A stretch of 64,000 bases of DNA, taken from NCBI GenBank assembly GCA_036172245.1, contig JAYWIR010000029.1, positions 1,116,001 through 1,180,000 on the forward strand, given 5' to 3'. This document shows, piece by piece, positions 1 through 11,201 of the stretch. Each line of letters opens with the position of its first letter. The first letter of the stretch is position 1. The notes beneath the pieces are model-generated. The model did no database searches, was not told where the DNA came from, and saw only the letters and a list, made by a program, of their open reading frames with translations. Position numbers and translations under genes: made by a program. The DNA comes from Raillietiella orientalis. Taxonomy: Eukaryota.

Positions 1-408
1 GGAAGCATCCCTACGGCACATAGATGCAAAGAGCAACTTTGGAGAGTCAGGAGAGGCATCGCTGATGTTTCTGCCTTCCGAATGGGACGAAGTCAGAACA
101 CTTTCGAGTCCTCTTCGTCGACCCTTGCAGCTGGGTCGCGTATTCCCGAGAATGGGGTCCTCCACGGGAGAGGCAACCCGCGGGATATGACGCGGCAAAA
201 AGGGAGGATGGAGCAGGTTGGACCACCCTAGAAGGAATTCTCTGCCTGCCTTTGCTTCTCCATTTTCCCGACCCCTTCCTTGCCTGTATCCTTGCCTCCG
301 AGGGGAAGCAAGCGACCCGCTTCCTCGCTTCCCCTCGAGCTTCAGACCGAGCGATCTGCACGACACTTTCCCCTTCGCGAGGTGGTGCTCAGAGATAAAA
401 CGCAGTTT

Positions 409-479
409 TGCATCTTCCGGGATTCGAACCCAGATCGTCCATGTAGAGGGCGAGAGCTCCACCACGGGACCATAGGTTC
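409..479 (-). pseudogene. Degenerate tRNA-like sequence, probably a SINE head (copy A)
   Basis: The minus strand reads GAACCTATGGTCCCGTGGTGGAGCTCTCGCC...CTGGGTTCGAATCCCGGAAGATGCA, with an A-box-like TGGTCCCGTGG and B box GGTTCGAATCC. The acceptor and anticodon stems pair poorly. The adjacent plus-strand acgacac...gtggtgctcagag (360-395) resembles the sequence next to the SINE head at ~11962-11981. Confidence 0.65.
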
Positions 480-849
480 AGCTGCTGTCTTTAGGTCCTC
501 CCCCCCCCTCCTTCCTTTCCTTCACAGAAGCAACTCGTTCTGCAACGGACCTGTGGCGGGAAGAAGAAGTAAAAATGGGTGGGCGATTTCCACATAGAAG
601 GGAGAGAAAGACACACCCAGATGCCAGCGCCCTTCCTCATTCGTTTCCACGGAGTCAGGAGGCCGTTGGGTGCCACTTCGAGCAGGAAGTCGCGATTGTC
701 CTGGTGATGGTCGAGGTCACAACGGTGCCGTCGAAACTCTCCTGGAAATCAGCAGCTGAAAGAGAAAAGAGTCCTAGCGCGCCGCGTGCCAACGAGGGCT
801 CAACGAGTCCAGGCACAGAGGGGGCTTTCGCTCCCTTCCAAGAAGGGGA

Positions 850-1300
850 TTTTTGCCAGTTCGTGGCGCGCGTGGCGGCTGGTGCGGGGCTGCTCCCCTG
901 CAGGAAGATGTCTCTTCCCCAACAGCGCTCCGATCCTTCTCCCTGCCACCCGTCCCGATTCGCGAGGAACCGCCTTGCGGTGCAAGAAAGCAGCTGGCAG
1001 CAAGCTGGAAGTGGCTGGAAGTGACATCCCTCCCCTCCCTCGGCGCGCGGAAGCACCTTGCGGGTCACACTGTCCACCGCATCCAAGGGTGCGGTGGAGT
1101 GACCGGAACGCTTGGCTTGCCGGGAAAACAAGACCCGAAGGACTCATCCGTGCTCTCCCTGAGCGATGCCCTTGGCTCGCCCGAGTCGAGGCGCACCCGT
1201 TCCCAGAGGCGGTCCTTTGTCGGGAGGCAGCGTTTCTCTTTGCGGTCAGGTCCCCTTCCTGCCGTAACCCAGCGTCTTCCCTTTCCTTTCTACGGTCCAC
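850..1300 (+). mobile_element. Highly decayed non-LTR reverse transcriptase fragment
   Basis: QEDVSSPTAL resembles QGxxLSPxLF and AGSDI resembles YADDI. It shares a 15-nt match (tccccaacagcgctc) with the RT remnant near 47940. Confidence 0.3.
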
Positions 1301-2599
1301 ACCGTCCTGGGTCTCTGTCGTGCCCTCGCCGGCGGCGTAGTCATCTTTTGTCAACGGCGTATGAGCGTGCGTGCGGTCTGCGTCGGTCTCGATAGCTGGA
1401 TATGAGCGGACGGGGAGGAGGGGTGCCGACTTCCGGTCCCGCCTCTGCCTTCTCGTCTGCAGCAACGGAGAGCGCTCCCGAAACCTTCGAGAACGAATGC
1501 AGCACCAGCAGCCTCCACTAGTGCGTTTCGAGAAGAAGCCGTGGCAAGCAGCCCGCTTGTTCCCCCAGGTTCATTTCGGGAGCTCGAGTTCTTTCCACGG
1601 GAAGAACCCGTCCTTCCGTTTTCATTTAGGGGGGAATTCCGCTTCCTCTGGTGTCTCGTTGGTTCGAGGAAAAGTTCGAGAAACTTCGGTTGGACGATTT
1701 ACGAAACGGAACATTGAGAGGGAAAATGCCGGGACCCGCTGCGAAATCGCGCTGAGAGCGAGTGCCTACCGCGACGACCCACTTATTGAAACGATCACGT
1801 GATCTCTGCCGAAAAAGATGGGGGGAAGGGAGGGGGAAAGGAAGGGGGGGGGAATAGCCAGAGGTCCAAAAGATCAGCGGCCGTAGTACACCCTGATGTA
1901 CCCGCATCGGACATTCTTGACCGCAAGAGAAAAGCAGGGAAGCGAAGAGGAGGGGAAGCAGAGACCATCCTGGGACAACGCTCGCTGCCCTCAAAGAGTT
2001 GGCCCGCGTTCAAGATGACTTCCCATCTGCATCTCGGTACGAAAACCGCATTTGTTTCCAGAAGGATGATAAAGATCGAGGATTTGTGTGGATTCGTGTG
2101 CCAACATCACATCAGGAGGGAAGAGGCTGCTGGTTGTCAGTGCCAACAGCTCTTCTTCAGGGAGGTTCTGGACAGAGTCCTTCCTCCTTAAATAAGCGAA
2201 CCGATTGGCAGCTCTCTACGGCCAACCCTGTTTCGATGCCAATTGCTTTTGACCGTCTGTTTCCCTCGGAGCATGCATCCTGCCCAACCTGTCTGCTTTT
2301 CCTAAGGAAGGTTTCTCATTTTTTCCTCGCGTAGGAGGATCCCAACCGCCTCCGCGGACCCACGTCGCAGAGCCCTTCTGCCCGTCGACTCTCGTCCGGC
2401 GGAGCGTTCGTTCCTCCTCGGACGCGGAAGCTCCCGTGCGTTGCCTCAGGGAGCCGGGGTCGCAGAGAAACCGGGTGCCGTCATGCCGCCTCTCGCTACT
2501 ATCTGGGAGGAAACCAGAAGCGTCAACTTTCACTTTCGTCGCCCGGCGCGTACGCCACGCTTTTCGCGCCTCCAGATGCGTTCCGATCACGAAGCGATA

Positions 2600-2900
2600 A
2601 GTGATTGATCTCACTGGGATCTCCGCTCCAGAGACTGACAAATTTTTTTCCCTCCTTTTTCTGAAAGAATTTCGAAAAATAAATCTCAGGATAGAAAGTC
2701 CCGCCTCTCCACCGATGAACCAATAATGATTGAACGGTGACTTTCTACGGATGCATCTGCGAGCGGGGAAAAAGCTGTTCCTCTCAGCATCCTCGGTCTC
2801 TGCTGCGATAAGAACGCAATTTGTTTCATCTTTTTCTCGATTTCCGAGGCTCGGCTCGAAAAGCATCGATTACCCGGGCGATCGTAAGTGACCCACGGAT
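2600..2900 (-). mobile_element. Decayed non-LTR RT fragment (motifs 2-3)
   Basis: NSFFPARRCI resembles QxGFxxGRxI, followed by IYFSKFFQ resembling LDFSKAFD. Confidence 0.3.
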
Positions 2901-4261
2901 CGATTTATTGTCCTGACGTCATGATGCTCTTCTGGTAGCTTGTAGTGGCAGTTAATAGGTTCCTGGAACAAAGACATCACATGTGATGGGAAGTCCGCGT
3001 GAGATTAGAAAGCGTGATCCACTTTACGGGGCGTGACCTTGGATTCGGGGCGAAGTACGCGCACGCGACTTCCTGGGTCCTCACTTCCGTTCACCACCGA
3101 GGGAAACCGACATCCGCGCGAGCGTTCCGTATTTTTAGCTGGCATGAAATCAGCGGGTTTCGAAAAAGAAAAGGACCTCCTCCAGCTTTCTCTATCTATC
3201 GTTCCCTTGCCTTCGATTTCCCAGTTTTCCCGGAATCCGCTAAAGCCAAGCTGAATCAACGACTCTCATCTGCAGAGGGGTGGTGTGTTTCTGGGGAACG
3301 ACACTACATCGCCGGGAAGTTTGCCTCTGTCGTCGCGCATCGGGAGCACGAAGAGGGAAGCCCAGACCTTCAGATCATAGGGCAAGGCCCTTCCTTGTTG
3401 CCTGGCGCAGAGACGGCATCGTCCTGGGAGCAGAGGGGAGCTCTTGCTGGAGAGGAGGCCCCCCGTTCGCGGATCTTGGGTAAACCTTGGAGAGCCCAGC
3501 AGAAGCGCCGAAGTGAGGCTGTTCTCCAGGATGAAAGGCGGTCCCTCCCACGGTCCGTTCCCTGCGTGGAACGCGAAACAGCTGACACTTTCGATTTCAT
3601 TCCAACTACCGCGGATTGCAGTCACTCGGCAACGCGCTGCCGCCGGAGCTGACGGTAGCCAGCAAAAGTAAAAAAGAAAAAAAAAAGAAAGAGAGGAAGA
3701 TTCGGATCCGGATCCGTCGCCTCTTCCTCACCGCCACATGGATCTTTCGTGAAGTGACCAGGGTCAAGAATGATTATTTTAAATAACTGCTGTTTGCGAG
3801 ATCAGATGATTTGCTCGAAAATCCCAAAAAGGGAATTGCGAAGGCCCCTACGGTTCCTTGACGACAGAAATCATGAAGATGAGAGACTCTGACTGTTACC
3901 CTCCGCACTCCTGACTGCCAGTTAACCTTGTTGGGAAACCCAATGCCAGTTGTAAGTATTATTAGGAAACAAAATGGCCCCTGCCCGGGCAAGTCTTCCG
4001 CGAACACCGCTCGGTATTTCACGAATTGCAATTTTCAAGGTGTTTGCGACACGATGACATGTTCCGCTTTGGAAAACACGACTTGGATTCTCCTGGGTTC
4101 CCATCTTCGATTCAGGCAAGTCACACTTCGTTTGGTCCTGCGGGCGACAGAGAAGCTGGAGAGATTGTCTTCGTTCACAAAGCGAACAACTCCCCTCCCA
4201 AAGGCGTGCGGAACGTGAATCTCACTTTGCATTCTCCTGTCCGTCTTCCCGTAATGGGGAG

Positions 4262-4412
4262 TAGCAAGCCGATCCCGGAGGTACTGCAATACCAAGTCAA
4301 CCTACGACAGGAGAAGAGCAAGCTCCAAGCATCCCGTCCACTTCCCAAAAGTAACTTAATATACCGGCCACCAAATAGGAGGATTTTCACATAGTAGGCT
4401 GATAAGAACAGA
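4262..4412 (-). ncRNA. U2: U2 snRNA 3' portion (from about nt 39 to the 3' end); disrupted pseudogene copy
   Basis: The minus strand reads TCTGTTCTTATCAG...TATATTAAGTTACTTTTGGG (degenerate Sm site)...GGAGCTTGCTC (stem-loop III)...GGTATTGCAGTACCTCCGGGATCGG (stem-loop IV). These blocks are colinear with metazoan U2. The first ~38 nt are replaced by a retrotransposon. Confidence 0.92.
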
Positions 4413-7130
4413 TTTTATTGTAAATGAAATTTATAGACGTTAGCGGCTCGTCCTGATCTTCCTCTTCTCCGTCGATCTTCTCATCTTGGAGTTTGTTTAT
4501 CGCGGGCTATCTGGAACAGTACCATGTTTGAGCAAGTACTTCATGGGATCGCTTGCATCATCTGTTGTGCCAGTCTATGCGTCCGGTAAATGTCCCTGCT
4601 GGTTCTAATGCAAGAGGATGCTGCCCGTTTCCTCATTTTATTTGCATAGTTCCCGGGAATGCCTAAAGTTCGTAGCACACCATCGTTCTTGGGATCCCAT
4701 GATACCGACACGCCCACAGGGAATGCATTGTAGCGTGGCCATTCTGCCTGTCTGCTTGATCTTATGGAGAAAGTCCTGGTCATTTGTCTTTTTTCCCTTT
4801 GCATGTAAACTTCTCCCTTTTGAAACGGGCAAGTGACGTCCACTGTCATCCATCTTCCTTGCTTTCTAGGACCAGATCAGGTCTTAACGTAGAATCTCCT
4901 CCAGGGACTCGCTGATTTGCCGATATCGACTTCCATACCGCTACTAACGTCGTGGCTGCTTGCAATCTGGGAGTGCCACCTCATTATGCCTCGCAGTATA
5001 CATGGGAGTGCCCCATGTGGTGATTCACCCTAGAAGGGTAACATGACGATTTTGTGCATAAACGGCCACGTGGTGTCATGTAGGACACCAATTCAAATTA
5101 CGTAAAAACTTAATGATTTTTCCTAAACATTTCATCTTGTTAATGAATTACAGTCATCTTTACAAACTATTTTCTAAATTATTTGCACGTGCGCAACATA
5201 GGGGCCTTCGGCGTTGGGCACGTGTGACTTTTTTGCAACAGGTACACTTTTCCCTCCCTTTCCGGCTGGCGGATCGTGGGCACATTTCGTAGCGCTAATG
5301 GACGGTTAAAGGTTCTTGTGGAAGCCTCTTGGAACCTCGGATCTTTTTTATTCAGTACAGACGAAATCAAAGAATGAGACAAATCCTTGCATCGCAACCG
5401 GCGTTCCATAAGTGGTGCGACAAGCTGGTGGGTGTTTTAAATTTCGAAGGAACAGCTTTCTGGAGATAACTGGATAATTTGGATTTCCGAGGTTGTTGGC
5501 AATGGGCAGCACATGGGAATTTATCCCGGCCCCGTCTAACATTCCTCAAAGGCCATCCAAATCACTTTCATCAGCTGAAAATTCGTCGCCTTCGTGCACG
5601 CTCTCTGCTTCCCAATTTCCACCACCTAAATGTTGGTCTTCATCAGACGAAAACTCTTCCAGATTAGTTTCTCCTCTTTCATAGCGTCCAACCAACCCTT
5701 CCAGTTCACTCTGTGTGAAACTTCCATTATGGGAGGCCATGGGTGAAAATTTTTGCATGTGACGTAAAAAAGGGTGAATCCCAGTCGTACAAAGATCGGG
5801 CACAAAACGGAACAGAGCCCAACCTGTCTTCACGCAATGGCGACTGCAGGCATACTGAAAACTTGGTCACAGGTAGCTGGAACGGCGTGCTCCCAACACG
5901 GCATCTGCACATTTTAGTTCCTCTGTGCCGTGTATGACGCCTCGTCACAACTTCTAGGGTTAAGTATCTGTGGCGAGGTCTCTTCCCATGTACTGCATCT
6001 TCGGCATAAGCGGTCTCGGCTTGTGGTCTTCGTTCTGCTCCTCTTATTGGTGATAAATTCGATCTCGCTGCGTGGATGAAGCGATAATCTGCAAGCCTGA
6101 TGAAGTCCTCCAGGGTGGGAAAGTGGCTGGAATCCTGGTATAGCCCAATATGAACGCGCACGGCTTTCCCATGATCCTTACGCTTTCCAATAAAGGAAAG
6201 CCATGCCCGCTTGCGTTGGATAGGCCTCTCATTTGCTGAAAACTTCTTCTTCGTGGAGATGCCCGGCGTTGGCCCGTTCTAAGGGTGCCCGGGAACCTGA
6301 TTTCGACTCTTCCTTCTTCAGTCTCCAGAAAGTCGAATGCGGGGGGAGTGGCGGAGGAAGGAAAGACGAAGCATGGAGGAAAACACTATCCTCATCCCGT
6401 ATTCGGAGAATGTTTGCGAGGATGAGTGCTTTGGGGATCTCAGTCCCTTCGAAAAACATGATCTTCCTCCGGGAATTTTTTTTTCCAAGCTGGGGACGTC
6501 CGCTTTTTCGACATCCTTATCGGACAGCGGACATCGCGTGGTGCAGCATGGTTTCCGCTTCACGGACGCAGAGGTTGCGCGTGTTTGCGCAGGTCTGTTT
6601 GAGGAAGAGCGGGCTCCTCGGGTTTGCTCTTGCCCGGAAGCAACCGGCACTGGAAACACGTGAAGGTGTGCCCGATCGCCACGCATCATGACGCTCTTTC
6701 AGAGGACCGCAGCAATTCCGAAATGTCGGAATCGTCAGTTTTCCCTCGGGAATTAAATCAATAGGTCAGTCGCCGTTCGTAGGTGCTGTTTGCTCAATCG
6801 TCGGCTCAATCTGTTAGATTGCCCGGTACTTTGAACAGCCTGCAATGATGACGATGATGGACGATGCCTCCCGAAGTGTGCAGCGCATTTATTTATTTGT
6901 TTGATCCAGCAATTTCGGCAATTTCGCCTCGTGGACTGCCTCAGCGTGGAACGGAGAGAGGAGAAAGCTGGAAAGCGGAGCCGTCCAGATAGAAAGTCGT
7001 CGGGTGGTGGCTTCTTGCGTGCTGAGTGTTTGAGCAAACAGGTCCAAGATCTTTCGAACTTTTGGGGGGAACCCGCGTGCACAACCGACTGGAAAGCATC
7101 CAGCATGCAATACGAGCGCTCCTTTCATCG
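4413..7130 (-). mobile_element. Utopia/NeSL-type (R2 group, restriction-like endonuclease) non-LTR retrotransposon; 5'-truncated, decayed, interrupted by a piggyBac
   Basis: Minus-strand motifs in the expected order: ARIA.W..DAFQSVVH (~7080-7120, RT motif 3); FFEGTEIP...SRAPLERANA (~6260-6460, thumb-like); KDHGKAV...SSHF...LADYRFIHAARSNL (~6050-6180); CRRC...ET..QILNH (CCHC knuckle); MYTARHNEV; LRPDLVL; VDVTCPF...VGVSVSWDPKND..L..LGI...SRDIY (REL domain, 4541-4890). The 3' end AATAAAA abuts the U2 sequence. The 5' boundary and the assignment of 6235-7130 to the same copy are less certain. Confidence 0.85.
5028..5959 (-). mobile_element. Internally deleted piggyBac DNA transposon
   Basis: Terminal inverted repeats CCCTAGAAG (5028-5036) and CTTCTAGGG (5951-5959), flanked by TTCA (5024-5027) and TTAA (5960-5963). 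Minus-strand remnants: an acidic N-terminus (MASHNGSFTQSELEGLV...SSDED...SADESD), MLDGAGINSHVL...SRKLFLRNL (end of the catalytic core), and a Cys-rich C-terminus (MCP...RK..EKCTCCKK...LCC). Confidence 0.85.
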
Positions 7131-8667
7131 TCTGCAGGGGAAAAGAAAAAGGAAAGAGAAAAAAAAAAAAAAAACACGCCACGAATGTTTTCGTGTTTGC
7201 GGGAGAAAAATTGGATCAGGGAGCCACACGGTTTCGAATTTCAACACTCTCGGTCGAGGTTCCCTGGGTCCTTCTTTCACAATCGTTCCATGTTCTGCTG
7301 GTTGTTAAGGAGAAAGAGAAGAAGAGGGTGGAGTTTGCCTATTCGCCGCGCAGAGATCATCGAGTCTGGATAAAAGTCACGGAGATGAATCAAAAGCTGC
7401 AGCTGAATCTTTCTCCCCAAGAATTTTCTTGGAGTAAGGTGCAAACTGCGCGAAGCTCTCGGGAATCTCCACGGGACTTTACGTGTTAGACGGGGGCGGG
7501 GAGGGGGGAGATTCCGATGAAACGGTCTGACACGGTTCGTCATCCCTATCATTTTAGGCGACCTAGTCCTCAGCACGTGGCGAATGTGGAGATGCGCTAA
7601 CGGCATTTTTCGAAAATGAGCCCGCTTGAATGCCTCAAGGTAGAGGACCACCATCACATCCCCATTCGCTTCCGCGCTACCGGGACTACTGGCATTCGCT
7701 GCTGGTGATCTCCCGTAGAACCTAGGATCGCTGTATTGTAGATGAGATGGGTCTTTCTGGATTGATTAGTGTTCCTCCCTAGAAAAATCTCCCGTCCTTT
7801 GTGGAAGGGGTACCTACAATTCCATCGAGGCCACGTTCTGTCACAAAGAAGTACACCTTCTCAAGCTCTGGAACCGAATTGTCCTCACAGCAGCAGTGAA
7901 CTTCCTTGATGACTTATAGGAAGGACGGAAAAAAGAGCCTTCTCTGTTCTGGTGCCCCGGCAAATGAAATTCCTCCAATTCACTATGCCCATTAAATTAG
8001 GCGTAGCGAAAGAGCAAAAGAGGAAGATAGAGATGGGTGCTTGTGCGATGCAAGCATTCCCAGGAATTCACAGGAACCAAAGATTGCTCTTGCTCCCAGC
8101 GAATGTGCTCCTAGTAAAGATGACCAGTTTTTAAAGGCACCTGAACCTCCAAGTTCTCTGGAAGAGCTGTGTCCAAAGGATGGCTTCACTAGACCAGCTC
8201 GCTGCGTGAGCGAAACGATACGAGTGCTTGATGGGTTGCAGACTCTTGTCCAACGCCTTTAGAAACATCTACCTCTCCGGAACTTCCCGTGACGTCTTCG
8301 AACTCGTCTTGACGGCAGCTTTGCACGTAGGTCTCCTGTCAACACTTCACAGCAGATCGACCTCCGCACAGCAGCTTGCTGGCCAAGAGGCAGAATTCAT
8401 TCTGTCTTCTGTCACCATTTTCTTCGCGCGACGTCGCCCATCGAAGAATGTGCCACTCTGCCTTTGGATGAGGAGAGACCCTACGCATTTGAGGCTCATG
8501 AGAAGAGTTCACTGTAAGAATGTCAGGTTCTTCTATGCTGACCTCCTCGCTTCTGTTTCTCGCTTCATGGACCAGATGTAGAAAGGATGATGGAAATGTT
8601 CTTTTGCGTTATTTCCTGTTTCTCTGCTTTCCTTCTAGCTGATTTGAAGGGAGGGGGGGGGGGGCTC

Positions 8668-8850
8668 GTCAGGTGCTGAAGAACCGTTCATCTTTCGGGA
8701 GGCTAATGAAGCTCTTTAAAACCGCCCACGCCAACCGAGCGTGCGTGTGACTCTTCAAGTTATGCGGTATAATCAGAGAGAGCGGACCACCCTTTGAATC
8801 CAGGAAACAGTCACGCTTGGGAGGGCGTCCCGAAAGGAGCCATCATCCTG
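8668..8850 (-). repeat. SINE-family 3' body fragment
   Basis: gaagaaccgttcatct...gaagctctt...accaccctttgaatccaggaaa...tcacgcttgg aligns by eye with 25972-26150 and partly with 11310-11360. Confidence 0.65.
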
Positions 8851-9299
8851 ATTGCCTCCGATTTCCACCTGGACACGCCGGTGCGTTTCTTAAAATTTAG
8901 AAGAAACTTATGAATTATGACAGGACACGTGGTCCTTCCCACCACACTCCATTTGTCCATGTATCTGTCGGGTTGCCAACCCGCAGACCGGCGAGACTCA
9001 CCTCAGAAGCGGAGGGGAGGGGGAAACGAAATAAAAATAAATAAAAAAAAAAACACTGTGGAGGGCAGGGAAGGGATCGCAATTTGCTGGAGGGTGTACT
9101 CCGCATCCTTTCCAGGATACTCTGGCTAGGGAGGTGCTGATTGTACCCGGGCGGGATCATCCTGCTGCCGTCCGCAGAAAGCGAAGTACACACTCTCAAT
9201 GGCGTCCTTTCCGTTCCGCTCCTGCTCCAGCGTCGCCCGAAGCCGCTACAATCCCGCGGGCTGCAGCGAAGGGCTGCTATGGCTGCGGCTGGCGGTAGG

Positions 9300-9760
9300 G
9301 CTTCCCGTGGTAGGGTCCCTGAGGGGTCCTTCGTGTCCTCCTAAAATGTTCCCACAGAGGCGGGAGAGCAACTCAGTCCACAGGCAGGTGCGGGAGGGAC
9401 TCTGCTTCCCAGCGCCTGCGACAGTCCGGACTTGCATTCCCCAGTGTCCAGTGTTTCCTCTCCAAAGGGAACCCGAAAAAGATCCGCTCCTTGTATCCTT
9501 TTCTGAAGAGATATAGGTCCTAGGGACGCTTCCCAATTCCCTGAAGGGTGCTCCCTGGAGGGAGCAGCGTGCTCCTGACACTCTACAGAGGCAACTCTCC
9601 GAGAGGGGTATCAGCCACCTACATGGTACGATGGAGCTGTGTGTGACCGCAGCAGATTTCAGAATGACACAGAACCTATGTGGAAAAGGCGAGGGGGAGG
9701 AGGGGCAAGGATCCCTTTTCACAACCGGAGGGAACCCCGTAGGATTTCCTTGATTCCCCG
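9300..9760 (-). repeat. SINE-family internal repeat-array fragment (no head)
   Basis: aagggaacccgaaaaagatccgctcc...ctgaagag...gggacgcttcc matches 11486-11610. Confidence 0.6.
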
Positions 9761-11012
9761 TTTTCGTCAACCACAGCAACTTGTCGTCACCATTATCAGG
9801 ACAACAGCGTGAAGGGCAACCGGTCAGAGGAATTTGTGAAACGCACGTTTTCTCTGGGGCAAGGCAGCGTCAACGCTTTATTTGCATTCGGATTGGCCTT
9901 GATTGAAGGTTGAAAAGAAGAAGCTGGACTCCAGCATCACCCTTTGCACAGAATGCTAGCGAACAAGATCGCAACTGATGTGCAGTTCCTGTGCCGTTCG
10001 CCCACAGCCTCATTAAAGACTTTCTGAAGTACTCGCTGATGCGAAAGGAAGCTCATCAACATGGGCCGAAGTAACTCCTGAAAATGGAGGAACACGGTTC
10101 CAAAGACTACAGAAGGCAATTCATGGAATGGATGGAAGGATCTTCTTGAGATTAAGGTTTCGAAGGAAGCGGAATGCATGTAGCTTCACCCAATGCAGAT
10201 GCAGATGTCTTCAAGGAGTTCTTACCGCTGGTCGCTGAGAGTTTTGAGCAGTTCGTTTTCCGTGAAAACTCCCGAAAGAAATTCCCAGGACGCTTCTTAC
10301 TATACATCTGCCTTGAGGAATGGACGTAATGTGACATCATCCGTGAGAATCAAGCGTTGCGGTTCATTAGTTCCACGAAGACAACGATTGCTCCCTGAAG
10401 TCATTGATTTTCTGCAGCACAGTAATTAAGGATCTGCTATCCAGCTCATCGGAGGATCACAATAACGTTTACAAGACTTTAAAATTCACGGAAGAAGCCA
10501 GCGGTTCTTCACGACTTCACGTGAAGATTGTGGCGATGCTTGCTGAGCACAGTCGTTGAATGAATGATTCTTAGATCTTCGAGTCAGGCTGCTCAATTAA
10601 CATCGACGCTGAGAAAATCGTTCTCATTTAAGCAAATCATTCCAAATCATTCCCTCTGAACCGTTTTCAGCTACAAACAAACCCTTTGATCCAAAGATGA
10701 AAACAGCTGCTTCGAATTGCAGCTTCTTTTCTTTACATCCCACAGACAACAGGGAGCTCCTGGAGACGGCCTCAGAAGGCAGGTATCTTGAACGCACTTG
10801 AATCTCTCGGGGGCAGTGCTATCGAGACCATCACATCCTCCTTCGCTACCTGACTCTTGGGGATTCCGGCTGGTAGTCTTCAGGAAGATTACTTCGCTTC
10901 ATGAACGGAGCTTATGAGATCGAAACTTTTTTTTTTCCATATTTTCTGGGTTTTTGTCATATTAGCCTTTCCAAGGTCTTTTCCACCATAGAGAAAGCAT
11001 GCTCGTCTGATG

Positions 11013-11048
11013 CATCGGTCACTTCCTCTGATGAGGAAGTGACCGATG
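11013..11048. repeat. Perfect 16-bp inverted repeat with a 4-nt loop
   Basis: catcggtcacttcctc-tgat-gaggaagtgaccgatg. Confidence 0.95.
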
Positions 11049-11201
11049 AACTTCATTCATCTGCCAGCACAAACTTTTGACATCCGAAGCAGGGTCTTCT
11101 TCTGTGTATAAGGGGATAGCGACGCCAAAAGCATCTCTTCCCTCCGTTTCTGCTTTCCAGCCTCCTTCTTCGAGGAATGATGATTCTAACGAATTCTGTT
11201 C

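Noticed and set aside
409..479. Functional tRNA gene
   Set aside because: The acceptor and anticodon stems are mismatched and the flank matches the SINE family.
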